A stretch of 64,000 bases of DNA. Origin: Thermoanaerobaculia bacterium (GTDB lineage: Bacteria; Acidobacteriota; Thermoanaerobaculia; Multivoradales; Multivoraceae). The position numbers and the translations under genes were made by a program. Every line of letters begins with the position of its first letter. The first letter of the stretch is position 1. A model generated the notes under the pieces. The model saw only the letters and a list, made by a program, of their open reading frames with translations. It did no database searches and was not told where the DNA came from. The stretch covers positions 576,001-640,000 of the forward strand of contig OY762911.1 of the NCBI GenBank assembly GCA_963666565.1. The letters are read 5' to 3'. This document shows positions 55,965 through 64,000 of this stretch, one piece after another.

Positions 55965-55989
55965 GGTGTCCTTCCTCCTCGGCAGGGCA

Positions 55990-57924
55990 TCACAGGCCCA
56001 GCGACTTCGAGGCGGTCCGGTCGGCGATGCGGGCCGCCATCTTCTCGAGCGTGACGGCGCCCTGGTCGGCCGAGCCGTCCTCCGGCGCCTCGCGGAGGCG
56101 CAGCGAGACGGTGCCCGCTTCCTGTTCGCGGCCGCCGACGACGAGCATGTAGGGGACCTTGCGGGTCTGGGCGTCGCGGATCTTGTAGCCGAGCTTCTCG
56201 CTGCGTTCGTCGAGTTCGACGCGGACGCCGGCTTCGGACAGGCGGCGGGTGACTTCGCGGCCGTAGTCCATGAAGCGGTCGGAAACCGGCAGGACGACCG
56301 CTTGCGTGGGCGCCAGCCAGACGGGGAAGGCGCCGCCGGTGTGTTCGATCAGGACGCCCATGAAGCGTTCCACCGAGCCCAGCATGGCCCGGTGCAGCAG
56401 AACCGGCCGGCGGGTTCCCCCGTCGCTGGCGACGTACTCCAGATCCAGCCGCTCGGGCATCTGGTAGTCCAGTTGAATGGTCCCCATCTGCCAGCCCCGG
56501 CCGAGCGCGTCGCGGATCAGGAAGTCGATCTTCGGGCCGTAGAAGGCACCGTCGCCCTCGTTGATCTCGAACTCGAGGCCGCGGCGCCGGAGCGCTCCCA
56601 TCAGCGCGTTCTCGGCCCGCTCCCAGAGTTCGTCGCTGCCGATCGACTTCTCCGGCCGGGTCGAAACCTCGATCCGGACGTCCTCGAAGCCGAACGTCCG
56701 GTAGATCTCCAGGATCGTCGATACCGGCAGCAGAACCTCGGCCTCGACCTGCTCTTCGGTGCAGAACGTGTGGGCATCGTCCTGGTGAAACCTCTGCACG
56801 CGGGTGATCCCGGTCAACGCGCCGGTGGGCTCGCGGCGGTGCAGGCCGCCGAAGTCGGCGTAGCGGATCGGCAGGTCGCGGTACGACCGCAGCCCGGTCC
56901 GGTAGATCAGGCAGTGGCCGGGACAGTTCATCGGCTTCACCGCGTACTGCCGGTCGTCCACCTCGGTGAAGAACATGTTCTCCCGGTAGTTGTCCCAGTG
57001 GCCCGAGCGGCGCCACAGGTCGACGTCGAGGATCTGCGGCGTGCGTACCTCGTCGAAGCCGTCGCGCCGGTTGAGTTCCTGCACGTAGCCGACGAGCAGG
57101 TTGTAGATCGTCGTGCCGCGCGGATGGAAGAACGGACTGCCGGGAGCGCTCGGGCTCAGGCTGAAGAGGTCGAGTTCGGGGCCCAGGCGGCGGTGGTCGC
57201 GGGCCCGGCGCAGCTCCAGGTCGGCGAGGTAGCCGTCGAGCGCTTCCCGGGTCGCGAAGGCGGTTCCGTAGATCCGCTGCAGCTGTTCCCGGCTCTCGTC
57301 TCCCCGGTGGAACGCGCCCGAACTCTCGATCAGCTTGACCGCGCCGACCTGGTCCACCCGCTGCGCGTGCGGGCCGCGGCACAGGTCGACGAACTCGCCG
57401 TGCCGGAACAGGGTGATCGGCTCGCCCTCCGGGATGTCGTCGAGGCGCTCCAGCTTCAGCTCCTCGCCCATGCCGGCGAACAGTTCCCGCGCCTCCTCGC
57501 GGCCGATCTCGACCCGTTCGACCTCGTGCTTCTCGGCGAGGATCTCCCGCATCTTCGCCTCGATCGCTTCGAGGTCGTCCGGCACGAAGGCGCGCGGGAA
57601 GCGGAAGTCGTACTGGTACTTCTCGGAGTGATCGCGCCGGCCGACGTCGATCTGGGTCCCGGGCCAGAGTCTCTGCACCGCGTCCGCGAGCACGTGCTCC
57701 GCCGTGTGGCGAAGGAAGATCCCGGCCTCCTCGTTCTTCGACGTGAACAGCCGGAACCGGCCCGACTCCTCGATCGGCGCGCGCAGGTCGACGAGCCGGC
57801 CGTCCAGCTCGGCGCCCACCGCCGCCTTCGCCAGACCGGGCCCGATCGAACGCGCCACGTCCAGCGCCGTCGTCCCGGGCGGGACGCTGCGCACCGATCC
57901 GTCGGGCAGCGTCAGGTCGAGCAT
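55990..57924 (-). CDS. thrS: Threonine--tRNA ligase
   Basis: TGS domain, RHTAEH, DLCRGPH, RDHR, KPMNCPGH, FHQDDAH, AFYGPK, LHRA. Confidence 0.98.
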   Translation of the reverse strand: MLDLTLPDGSVRSVPPGTTALDVARSIGPGLAKAAVGAELDGRLVDLRAPIEESGRFRLFTSKNEEAGIFLRHTAEHVLADAVQRLWPGTQIDVGRRDHSEKYQYDFRFPRAFVPDDLEAIEAKMREILAEKHEVERVEIGREEARELFAGMGEELKLERLDDIPEGEPITLFRHGEFVDLCRGPHAQRVDQVGAVKLIESSGAFHRGDESREQLQRIYGTAFATREALDGYLADLELRRARDHRRLGPELDLFSLSPSAPGSPFFHPRGTTIYNLLVGYVQELNRRDGFDEVRTPQILDVDLWRRSGHWDNYRENMFFTEVDDRQYAVKPMNCPGHCLIYRTGLRSYRDLPIRYADFGGLHRREPTGALTGITRVQRFHQDDAHTFCTEEQVEAEVLLPVSTILEIYRTFGFEDVRIEVSTRPEKSIGSDELWERAENALMGALRRRGLEFEINEGDGAFYGPKIDFLIRDALGRGWQMGTIQLDYQMPERLDLEYVASDGGTRRPVLLHRAMLGSVERFMGVLIEHTGGAFPVWLAPTQAVVLPVSDRFMDYGREVTRRLSEAGVRVELDERSEKLGYKIRDAQTRKVPYMLVVGGREQEAGTVSLRLREAPEDGSADQGAVTLEKMAARIADRTASKSLGL

Positions 57925-58016
57925 CGGCGGTTCCAGGTAGGCGTGGAGAGCAGGTTGGTCCGGGGACGCGGTTTCATCCGGGCACAGGGGCGGGCCCGCG
58001 CGGCCCGTCACCGCGA

Positions 58017-58093
58017 TGGTAGGCGCTAGCGGACTCGAACCGCTGACCTCTACCGTGTGAAGGTAGCGCTCTAACCAACTGAGCTAAGCGCCT
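58017..58093 (-). tRNA. tRNA-Val(CAC)
   Basis: aggcgcttagctcagttggttagagcgctaccttCACacggtagaggtcagcggttcgagtccgctagcgcctacca, 77 nt, encoded CCA. Confidence 0.97.
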
Positions 58094-58119
58094 GAGCCAC
58101 GGACCGAACGGCCCATGTC

Positions 58120-58196
58120 TGGTAGGCCCGAGCGGACTCGAACCGCTGACCTCTACGATGTCAACGTAGCGCTCTAACCAACTGAGCTACGGGCCT
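58120..58196 (-). tRNA. tRNA-Val(GAC)
   Basis: aggcccgtagctcagttggttagagcgctacgttGACatcgtagaggtcagcggttcgagtccgctcgggcctacca. Confidence 0.97.
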
Positions 58197-58256
58197 GTAT
58201 CCCGAGGCCGAGAATGCCGGCGAGAACGCCGGCAAGGCCAGCCGCGAGAAGGCGCA

Positions 58257-58286
58257 ACGGTACAAAGGGGAGACTTGCCGTGTCAA
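58257..58286 (-). promoter_or_regulatory. Sigma70-type promoter for the tRNA-Val pair (and possibly thrS)
   Basis: TTGACA, 18 bp, TACCGT on the minus strand. Confidence 0.6.
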
Positions 58287-58316
58287 CGCGAGGCGCGCCG
58301 GGCGAGCCCCACGGAA

Positions 58317-58371
58317 GCGGGTCGGAAGACCCGCGCACCCAGCGGGCGGGTCGGAAGACCCGCGCACCCGG
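58317..58371. repeat. Two tandem REP-like copies
   Basis: gcgggtcggaagacccgcgcaccc at 58317 and 58346. Confidence 0.9.
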
Positions 58372-58392
58372 CGACTGTTGCAGAATCGTGCC

Positions 58393-59637
58393 GTGATCGA
58401 CGCTCTCCAGATGGCCGAGTTGATCGAGCAGGCGCGGCGGCGGATCGCGGGCGCGGTCTACCTGAGCCCCTGCGCCCGGTCCGAGTACTTCTCCCGACTC
58501 TGCGGGCTGGACGCGTACTTCAAGCTCGAGAACCTGCAGATGACGGGCTCGTTCAAGGAGCGCGGGGCGCTCAACCGCATCCTCACCCTGTCGGAGGAGG
58601 AACGGCGCCGCGGCCTGATCACGGCCTCGGCCGGCAACCACGGGCAGGCCGTCGCCTACCACGCGAACCGCCTCGGGCTCGAGGCGACGGTGGTCATGCC
58701 GCTGCCGACGCCCCTGATCAAGGTCGCCAACACGCGCAACTTCGGCGCCGACGTGCGGCTCGCCGGCGAGACGTTCGACGACGCCACGGACCACGCCCGG
58801 GAGCTCGAAGCCGAGCACGGCAAGACCTACGTCCACCCCTTCGACGATCCCCAGGTGATCGCCGGCCAGGGCACGATCGGCTTCGAGCTGATGACCCAGG
58901 AGCCGGACCTGGAAGTCGTCGTCGTGCCCATCGGCGGCGGCGGGGTCATCGCCGGAATCGCCGCGGCGTACAAGGCGCACCGGCCGCAGACCCGGATCGT
59001 CGGCGTGCAGACGGAGGCCATCCCCTCGATGCGCGAGAGCCTCGCCGCCGGCCGCCCGGTGACGGTGGCGCGCCGCCACACGATCGCCGAGGGCATCGCG
59101 GTCAAGCGCCCCGGCGAGCTGACGATCGGCCTGGTCGAGGAACTCGTCGACGACATCGTGACCGTGGACGAGGAGGAGATCGCGAACGCGGTCCTGCTCC
59201 TGCTCGAGCGGGAGAAGGCGGTGGTCGAGGGCGCTGGCGCCGCCGTGCTGGCGGCGGTGGTCAACGGCCACGTTCCACACGCGAAGGGGCGGCGGACCGC
59301 GATGGTGCTCACCGGCGGCAACATCGACGTCACCCTGCTCAGCCGCATCATCGACCGCGGCCTGACGAAGGACGGACGCCTGGTCCGGCTCGACGTCTGC
59401 GTCAAGGACCGCCCCGGCGCCCTTGCCGCGCTGCTCGAGCTGGTGGGCGAGGCCGGGGCGAACGTCCTGGAGACCCACCACGAGCGCGCCTTCACCGCCC
59501 TCGGGCTCAACGAGGTGCACATCGAGCTGCGGCTCGAGACCCGCGGCGTCGAGCACGCCGAGGAGCTGATCCGGCGGATCGCCGACGCCGGCCTCCACGT
59601 CCGGCGGCAGACGGAGCCGACGCCCTGGCACGACTAG
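58393..59637 (+). CDS. ilvA: Threonine ammonia-lyase with C-terminal ACT domain
   Basis: KLENLQMTGSFKERG, SAGNHGQ, PFDD, GGGG, TGGNID, DRPG; start uncertain. Confidence 0.93.
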   Translation: MIDALQMAELIEQARRRIAGAVYLSPCARSEYFSRLCGLDAYFKLENLQMTGSFKERGALNRILTLSEEERRRGLITASAGNHGQAVAYHANRLGLEATVVMPLPTPLIKVANTRNFGADVRLAGETFDDATDHARELEAEHGKTYVHPFDDPQVIAGQGTIGFELMTQEPDLEVVVVPIGGGGVIAGIAAAYKAHRPQTRIVGVQTEAIPSMRESLAAGRPVTVARRHTIAEGIAVKRPGELTIGLVEELVDDIVTVDEEEIANAVLLLLEREKAVVEGAGAAVLAAVVNGHVPHAKGRRTAMVLTGGNIDVTLLSRIIDRGLTKDGRLVRLDVCVKDRPGALAALLELVGEAGANVLETHHERAFTALGLNEVHIELRLETRGVEHAEELIRRIADAGLHVRRQTEPTPWHD

Positions 59638-59885
59638 CGGGCCGGGTAGCTGCTACGCTACGCCCGCGTGAACGACGAAGCCTCGGATCCCTCGCCATCC
59701 GACTCCAGTCTGGACGAACCCGACCCGGATCCCGACCAGCGCGCCCGTAACCGCCTGCGCGGCAAAGGCCGGCTGCGCCGGCGTCCTCGCCGGCATCCGG
59801 CGCGAAGCGCCGGCCTCCGGGCCTTCTGCAGCGCCAGCCGCGGGTTCTCCAGCCCGCGGCCCACGGCGCCACTGCCGGCACGCGC

Positions 59886-61235
59886 ATGATCCCGCCGGTC
59901 GTCGCGGCCACCGGGCCGCCCATGAATCTCGACCTGCCGCTCGGCTGGAGCCTGGCCCTGGCCGTGTTCCTGGTCGGCCTGAACGGCTTCTTCGTCGCCG
60001 CCGAGTTCGCCCTGGTCAAGGTCCGGCCGACCCAGGTGGCGCCCCACCAGGACACGCTCCGGGGCCGTCTCGCCCAGCGGATGATCGACCAGCTCGACGC
60101 CTACCTGTCGGCGACCCAGCTCGGCATCACGCTCGCCAGCATCGGCCTCGGCATCGTCGGCGAGCCCGCGGTCAACCGCCTGCTGCAGCCCCTGTTCGAC
60201 TTCTTCCCCAACCTGCCGGCAGAAGCCGCCCACTCGATCAGCCTGATGGCCGCCTTCGCCGTCATCAGCATGGCCCACATCGTGCTCGGCGAACTGGCGC
60301 CCAAGTCGCTCGCCATCCGCCGGCCGGAGCCGACCAGCCTGTGGGTCGCCGCGCCCCTGTGGTTCTTCTACCAGGTCACCTACCCCGGCATCTGGGTGCT
60401 GAACCAGATGGCGAACGCCTTCCTGCGCCTGTTCGGCATCGAGCCGCTCCGGCACGGCGAACTCGCCCACAGCGAGGAGGAGATCCGCAGCCTCCTCGCT
60501 TCCGAACAGGAGACGGCACTCTCCGAGCCCAAGCGCGAGCTTCTCGACAACGTCTTCGAGCTCTCCGACCGCAACGCCCGCCAGGTGATGGTCCCGCGCA
60601 CCGAGGTCGTCTACCTGGACGACGACGCGCCGATGGAGGCGAACCTCGACCGCGCCCGCCAGAGCGGCCACACCCGGTTCCCGCTCTGCGAGGGGGACCT
60701 CGATCAGCTCGTGGGCCTGGTGCACATCAAGGACCTGTTCATCGCCGAGGAACCGCCGGCGTCGCTGCGCGACGTCGCCCGCGAGACGTTCGCGGTGCCC
60801 GAGACCCTGCCGCTCGACCAGTTGATGGCCCGCATGAGGCACGAGCACATCCACATGGCGGCGGTGGTGGACGAGTACGGCGGCGTGGCCGGCATCGTGA
60901 CGCTCGAGAACGTCCTGGAGGAGATCGTCGGCGAGATCCAGGACGAGTTCGACGCCGAGGCGCCGGAGTTCGTCCGGCTCGACGACGGCGGCTACCGGGT
61001 GCTCGGCGGCATGCTGCTCGACGATCTCGAGGACGAACTCGGATTCGACATCTCCGATGCCCGCGAGGAGGACACCGTCGCCGGCATCGCGATGTCCGAG
61101 CTCGGCCGGACCGCCGAAGTCGGAGACGCGGTCGAGGTCGGCCGGCTGCGGCTGGAGGTGGTGGAGGTCGATGGGAACCGCATCGTCTCGCTGCGGCTAC
61201 ACGTGTTGCCGGAGCCGGCTGAGGAGGAGGGTTAG
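59886..61235 (+). CDS. Hemolysin-family CNNM/CBS/CorC protein
   Basis: [43 protein letters not shown]. Confidence 0.93.
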   Translation: MIPPVVAATGPPMNLDLPLGWSLALAVFLVGLNGFFVAAEFALVKVRPTQVAPHQDTLRGRLAQRMIDQLDAYLSATQLGITLASIGLGIVGEPAVNRLLQPLFDFFPNLPAEAAHSISLMAAFAVISMAHIVLGELAPKSLAIRRPEPTSLWVAAPLWFFYQVTYPGIWVLNQMANAFLRLFGIEPLRHGELAHSEEEIRSLLASEQETALSEPKRELLDNVFELSDRNARQVMVPRTEVVYLDDDAPMEANLDRARQSGHTRFPLCEGDLDQLVGLVHIKDLFIAEEPPASLRDVARETFAVPETLPLDQLMARMRHEHIHMAAVVDEYGGVAGIVTLENVLEEIVGEIQDEFDAEAPEFVRLDDGGYRVLGGMLLDDLEDELGFDISDAREEDTVAGIAMSELGRTAEVGDAVEVGRLRLEVVEVDGNRIVSLRLHVLPEPAEEEG

Positions 61236-61273
61236 CGCCGGAGGATGGTCGCCGCTTCGCGGCGCGCGCTCTC

Positions 61274-61342
61274 GGCCGCCTTCGGCGGCAGCGGGTCGGA
61301 AGACCCGCGCACCCAGGCGGGTCAGGCGACCCGCGCACCCGG
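61274..61342. repeat. Two tandem REP-like copies; the second overlaps the proS 3' end
   Basis: ggccgccttcggcggcagcgggtcggaagacccgcgcacccag followed by gcgggtcaggcgacccgcgcacccgg. Confidence 0.88.
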
Positions 61343-63082
61343 CAGGCGGCTGAGGACAGCCTGCGGTACGCGGTCGAGCGGCACGACTTCGCGTTCGCCG
61401 TCCGTCCGGCTCGAGACCTCGGCGCCGCCGGCGCGGAGCGAGCGGGCGCCGACGACGACGCGCAAGGGGAAGCCGACCAGGTCCGCGTCCTTGAACTTGA
61501 CGCCTGGCCGCTCGCGGCGGTCGTCGTAGAGGACGTCGAAGCCACCCGGGGCTAGCGCGGCCTGAAGCTCCTCGTAGAGCCCGTCCGCAGCCGAACTCAC
61601 CGCCTCGTCGCCCGGGTCGAGCGAGCTGAGCACGACCGTGAACGGCGCCAGCGGCGCCGGCCAGACGATGCCGTCGTCGTCGTGCCCCTGCTCGATGGCC
61701 GCCGCCGCGGTGCGGCCGATGCCCAGGCCGTAGCAGCCCATCTCGGCCGGCCGCAGGCGGCCCCGTTCGTCCGTGAAGGTGCAGTTCATCTTCTCGGAGT
61801 AGGCCGTGCCCAGCTTGAAGATGTGGCCGACTTCGATGCCCCGCGAGATGCGCAGCTCCCCGGCGGCGCAGCGCGGGCAGGGGTCGGAGGCCTCCGCGGT
61901 CATCACGTCGACCCGTTCGAGCGGCCGCGCGGCCGCCACGTCGCGGTCCCAGTCCACGGAGACGAGGTGCTCGTCGCCGGCGTTGGCGCCGCAGACGAAG
62001 CCGGCGAGCGCGCCCGCCGACTCGTCCACCGCGAGGCGCACCTCCGGCGAAAGGCCGACGGGCCCCGAGAAGCCCAGCGGACCGCCCGTCGCCCGCGCCA
62101 CCTGCTCCGCCGATGCGAGCCGCAGCCCGAGGCCGCCCAGGACGTTCAGCAGCTTGACCTCGTTCACTTCGCGGTCGCCGCGGATCGCGACCGCCGCCAG
62201 CCCGGCGTCCGTCTCGTAGATCAGCGTCTTGACCACGCGGGCCTTCTCGACCTCCAGCATCCCGGCGACCTCGGTCACCGTCGTCGCGCCCGGCGTAGAC
62301 ACCCGGCGCGGTCCGGCGCCGCCTGCCCCGGCGCCCGCATCGCCCTGCACCGGCAGCGGCAGGGCGCCGACCTCGGCCCGCTCGACGTTGGCGCCGTAGC
62401 CGCAGGCGGCGCAGCTCGCGACCGCGCTCTCGCCCGTATCGGCGAGCACCATGAACTCGTGCGACGAGGATCCGCCGATCGCTCCCTGGTCCGCCTCGAC
62501 CACGGAGTACTCGAGCCCGCAGGCCTCGAAGATGCGCGAGTAGGCCCCGTACATCGCCTGGTAGCTCCGATCCAGGCCCTCCTCATCCACGTCGAAGGAG
62601 TAGGCGTCCTTCATGATGAACTCCCGGCCGCGCATCAGGCCGAACCGGGGCCGGATCTCGTCCCGGAACTTGGTCTGGATCTGGAACAGGTTGAGCGGCA
62701 TCTGCCGGTAGCTCTTCACGTCGCGCCGGACCAGGTCGGTGACGACCTCCTCGTGGGTGGGGCCGAAGCAGAACCGCCGCCCGTGGCGGTCCTCCATCCG
62801 CAGCAACTCGGCGCCGTACTTGAACCAGCGTCCCGACTCCTCCCAGATCTCGGCCGGCTGAATCGCCGGCATCGAGAGTTCGACCGCGCCCGCCCGCTCC
62901 ATCTCGCGGCGGACGATCCCCGTCAGCTTGCGCAGGGTGCGCCAGCCGGCCGGCTGCATCGTGTAGATCCCGGCGGCGAGCCGCCGCACGAGCCCGGCGC
63001 GCGCCATCAGCCGGTGACTCGCCACCTCGGCGTCCCGAGGCGCCTCGCGGGCGGTCATCAGGTAGTAGTCGCTCCAGCGCAT
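61322..63082 (-). CDS. proS: Proline--tRNA ligase (with INS editing domain)
   Basis: SHRLM, GPTHEE, KFRDEIRPRFGLMRGREF, GIEVGHIF, MGCYGLG, GVKFKDADL. Confidence 0.98.
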   Translation of the reverse strand: MRWSDYYLMTAREAPRDAEVASHRLMARAGLVRRLAAGIYTMQPAGWRTLRKLTGIVRREMERAGAVELSMPAIQPAEIWEESGRWFKYGAELLRMEDRHGRRFCFGPTHEEVVTDLVRRDVKSYRQMPLNLFQIQTKFRDEIRPRFGLMRGREFIMKDAYSFDVDEEGLDRSYQAMYGAYSRIFEACGLEYSVVEADQGAIGGSSSHEFMVLADTGESAVASCAACGYGANVERAEVGALPLPVQGDAGAGAGGAGPRRVSTPGATTVTEVAGMLEVEKARVVKTLIYETDAGLAAVAIRGDREVNEVKLLNVLGGLGLRLASAEQVARATGGPLGFSGPVGLSPEVRLAVDESAGALAGFVCGANAGDEHLVSVDWDRDVAAARPLERVDVMTAEASDPCPRCAAGELRISRGIEVGHIFKLGTAYSEKMNCTFTDERGRLRPAEMGCYGLGIGRTAAAAIEQGHDDDGIVWPAPLAPFTVVLSSLDPGDEAVSSAADGLYEELQAALAPGGFDVLYDDRRERPGVKFKDADLVGFPLRVVVGARSLRAGGAEVSSRTDGEREVVPLDRVPQAVLSRLPGARVA

Positions 63083-63268
63083 GATCTCTCCGCAGTCTGT
63101 GTCGGCGCCCGGAATCGAATCCGGCCTGGGCGTCGCCGGCGGCGGAACCGGCCGGTCGACGCACCTCCCGCGGGGCGGTGCGAGAGACTACACCCGGCAG
63201 AAGCGGATCGTCGCGACCTCCGACGCCCACCGGCCTGCCGCCGCGGGCGCGGCGCCGCGACCGCCGAG

Positions 63269-63997
63269 CTACTCGGGCACGGCCGCTTCGCAGGCGAACG
63301 CCGTCACGTCGACGTGCGCCGGAGCGGGCGGTCCCGCCGGCTTCCTGTACTGCTTCTGCAAGGGCGGATGGCCGGTCGCCATGTCGTAAACGTCGATGTC
63401 GAAGCCGACGTCCGTGGCCGCCGCGGCGTAGACCCAGAAGTAGCCGTTGTGTCCGCAACCGTCGAGCACCTTGACCAGCACTTCCCAATTGCCGGGGTCG
63501 AAGAAGTAGAACAGGCCCGACTTGTCGCTCGTCGTGTGGACCACCTGGGCCATGCCGCGCGTGTCGTCGTCGCCGCTGCCGTCGTTCGGGTTCGACACGT
63601 CGTCGCCATCGCCGTGGTCGCCGCCGTCGCTCGGGCTCGACACGTCGTCGTCATCGCCGCCGCCGGTCGCGCCGTCGTCGTCCGCCGCGTCGTCGTTCTC
63701 GGTGTACCAGTCGATCTCCACGTGAAAGCGGCCGCTCTGCAGGCACAGCGTCCAGGTGTTCTCGGGGCACCCGTACCCGTTGCCGTCCGTGCCGTCCGGC
63801 GTGTCGTCGTCGTTCGTATCGTCGCCGTCCGAAGGGTTGTCCGGACTCGTGCCGTCGTCTCCGTCGTCGGGCTCGGTGTCGTCCGAGGAATCGCCCGACG
63901 CCGCATCCACGGCCGGCGGCGGCGCGGTCAGGCTGAAAGCGGCTGGACCGCCGACCAGGAGGACAAGGAGGAAGGTGGCGACGATCGGCCATCTCAC
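63269..63997 (-). CDS. Secreted Asp-rich protein with a Cys-containing beta domain
   Basis: Signal peptide; D/G/S-rich tracts; TLCLQSGRF...GLFYFFDPGNWEVLVKVLDGC...FWVYAAAATDV. Confidence 0.8.
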   Translation of the reverse strand: MRWPIVATFLLVLLVGGPAAFSLTAPPPAVDAASGDSSDDTEPDDGDDGTSPDNPSDGDDTNDDDTPDGTDGNGYGCPENTWTLCLQSGRFHVEIDWYTENDDAADDDGATGGGDDDDVSSPSDGGDHGDGDDVSNPNDGSGDDDTRGMAQVVHTTSDKSGLFYFFDPGNWEVLVKVLDGCGHNGYFWVYAAAATDVGFDIDVYDMATGHPPLQKQYRKPAGPPAPAHVDVTAFACEAAVPE

Positions 63998-64000
63998 GGA

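Larger units (their letters stand above)
53146..55975. other. Lower-GC three-gene cassette bounded by 12-bp inverted repeats
   Basis: ggaaggacacca (53146-53157) / tggtgtccttcc (55964-55975); a sample 60-nt line in the ATPase is 60% GC versus 75% for one in thrS. Confidence 0.6.

Noticed and set aside
58017-58196. tRNA-Val as the integration site of the accessory insert
   Set aside because: thrS lies between the tRNAs and the insert; no duplicated tRNA 3' end and no integrase were seen
58317-58371. Tandem 24-bp palindromic repeats as a CRISPR array
   Set aside because: Only two copies separated by 5 nt, the same unit is dispersed through the window, and there are no cas genes; this is REP-like
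59668-59889. 73-aa ORF upstream of the hemolysin-family gene
   Set aside because: Low complexity with no motif; cannot be supported as a gene, although a frameshifted N-terminal extension cannot be excluded

Overview
A very GC-rich (roughly 70% or more, by eye) bacterial chromosome segment made mostly of housekeeping genes. These include carB/carA, mce/meaB, dnaK-hspR, mazG, dcd, glpX, hflKC, metH, sat-cysC, gmd, ribBA, nadK, tlyA, ispA, ymdB-rny-6S-zapA, rplT-rpmI, thrS, two tRNA-Val, ilvA and proS. Gene content and the secreted domain at the right end suggest Acidobacteriota, Thermoanaerobaculia-like (inference only). Most long ORFs in the track are GC shadow frames. Four things stand out. 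(1) An accessory insert sits between thrS and rpmI, where infC normally lies. It holds a lower-GC operon of an ABC/AAA_21-type ATPase, a PIN-like nuclease and an RNA ligase, bounded by a perfect 12-bp inverted repeat, and it converges on an AAA+PD-(D/E)XK gene. (2) A REP-like hairpin family has about 13 copies in short and long forms; one lies in frame inside ispA and one supplies the proS stop codon. (3) A second, MITE-like family has 25-35 bp terminal inverted repeats. (4) A nuclease-DinG helicase gene is coupled to orphan luxE/luxC. All calls come from motif reading; no database searches were run.
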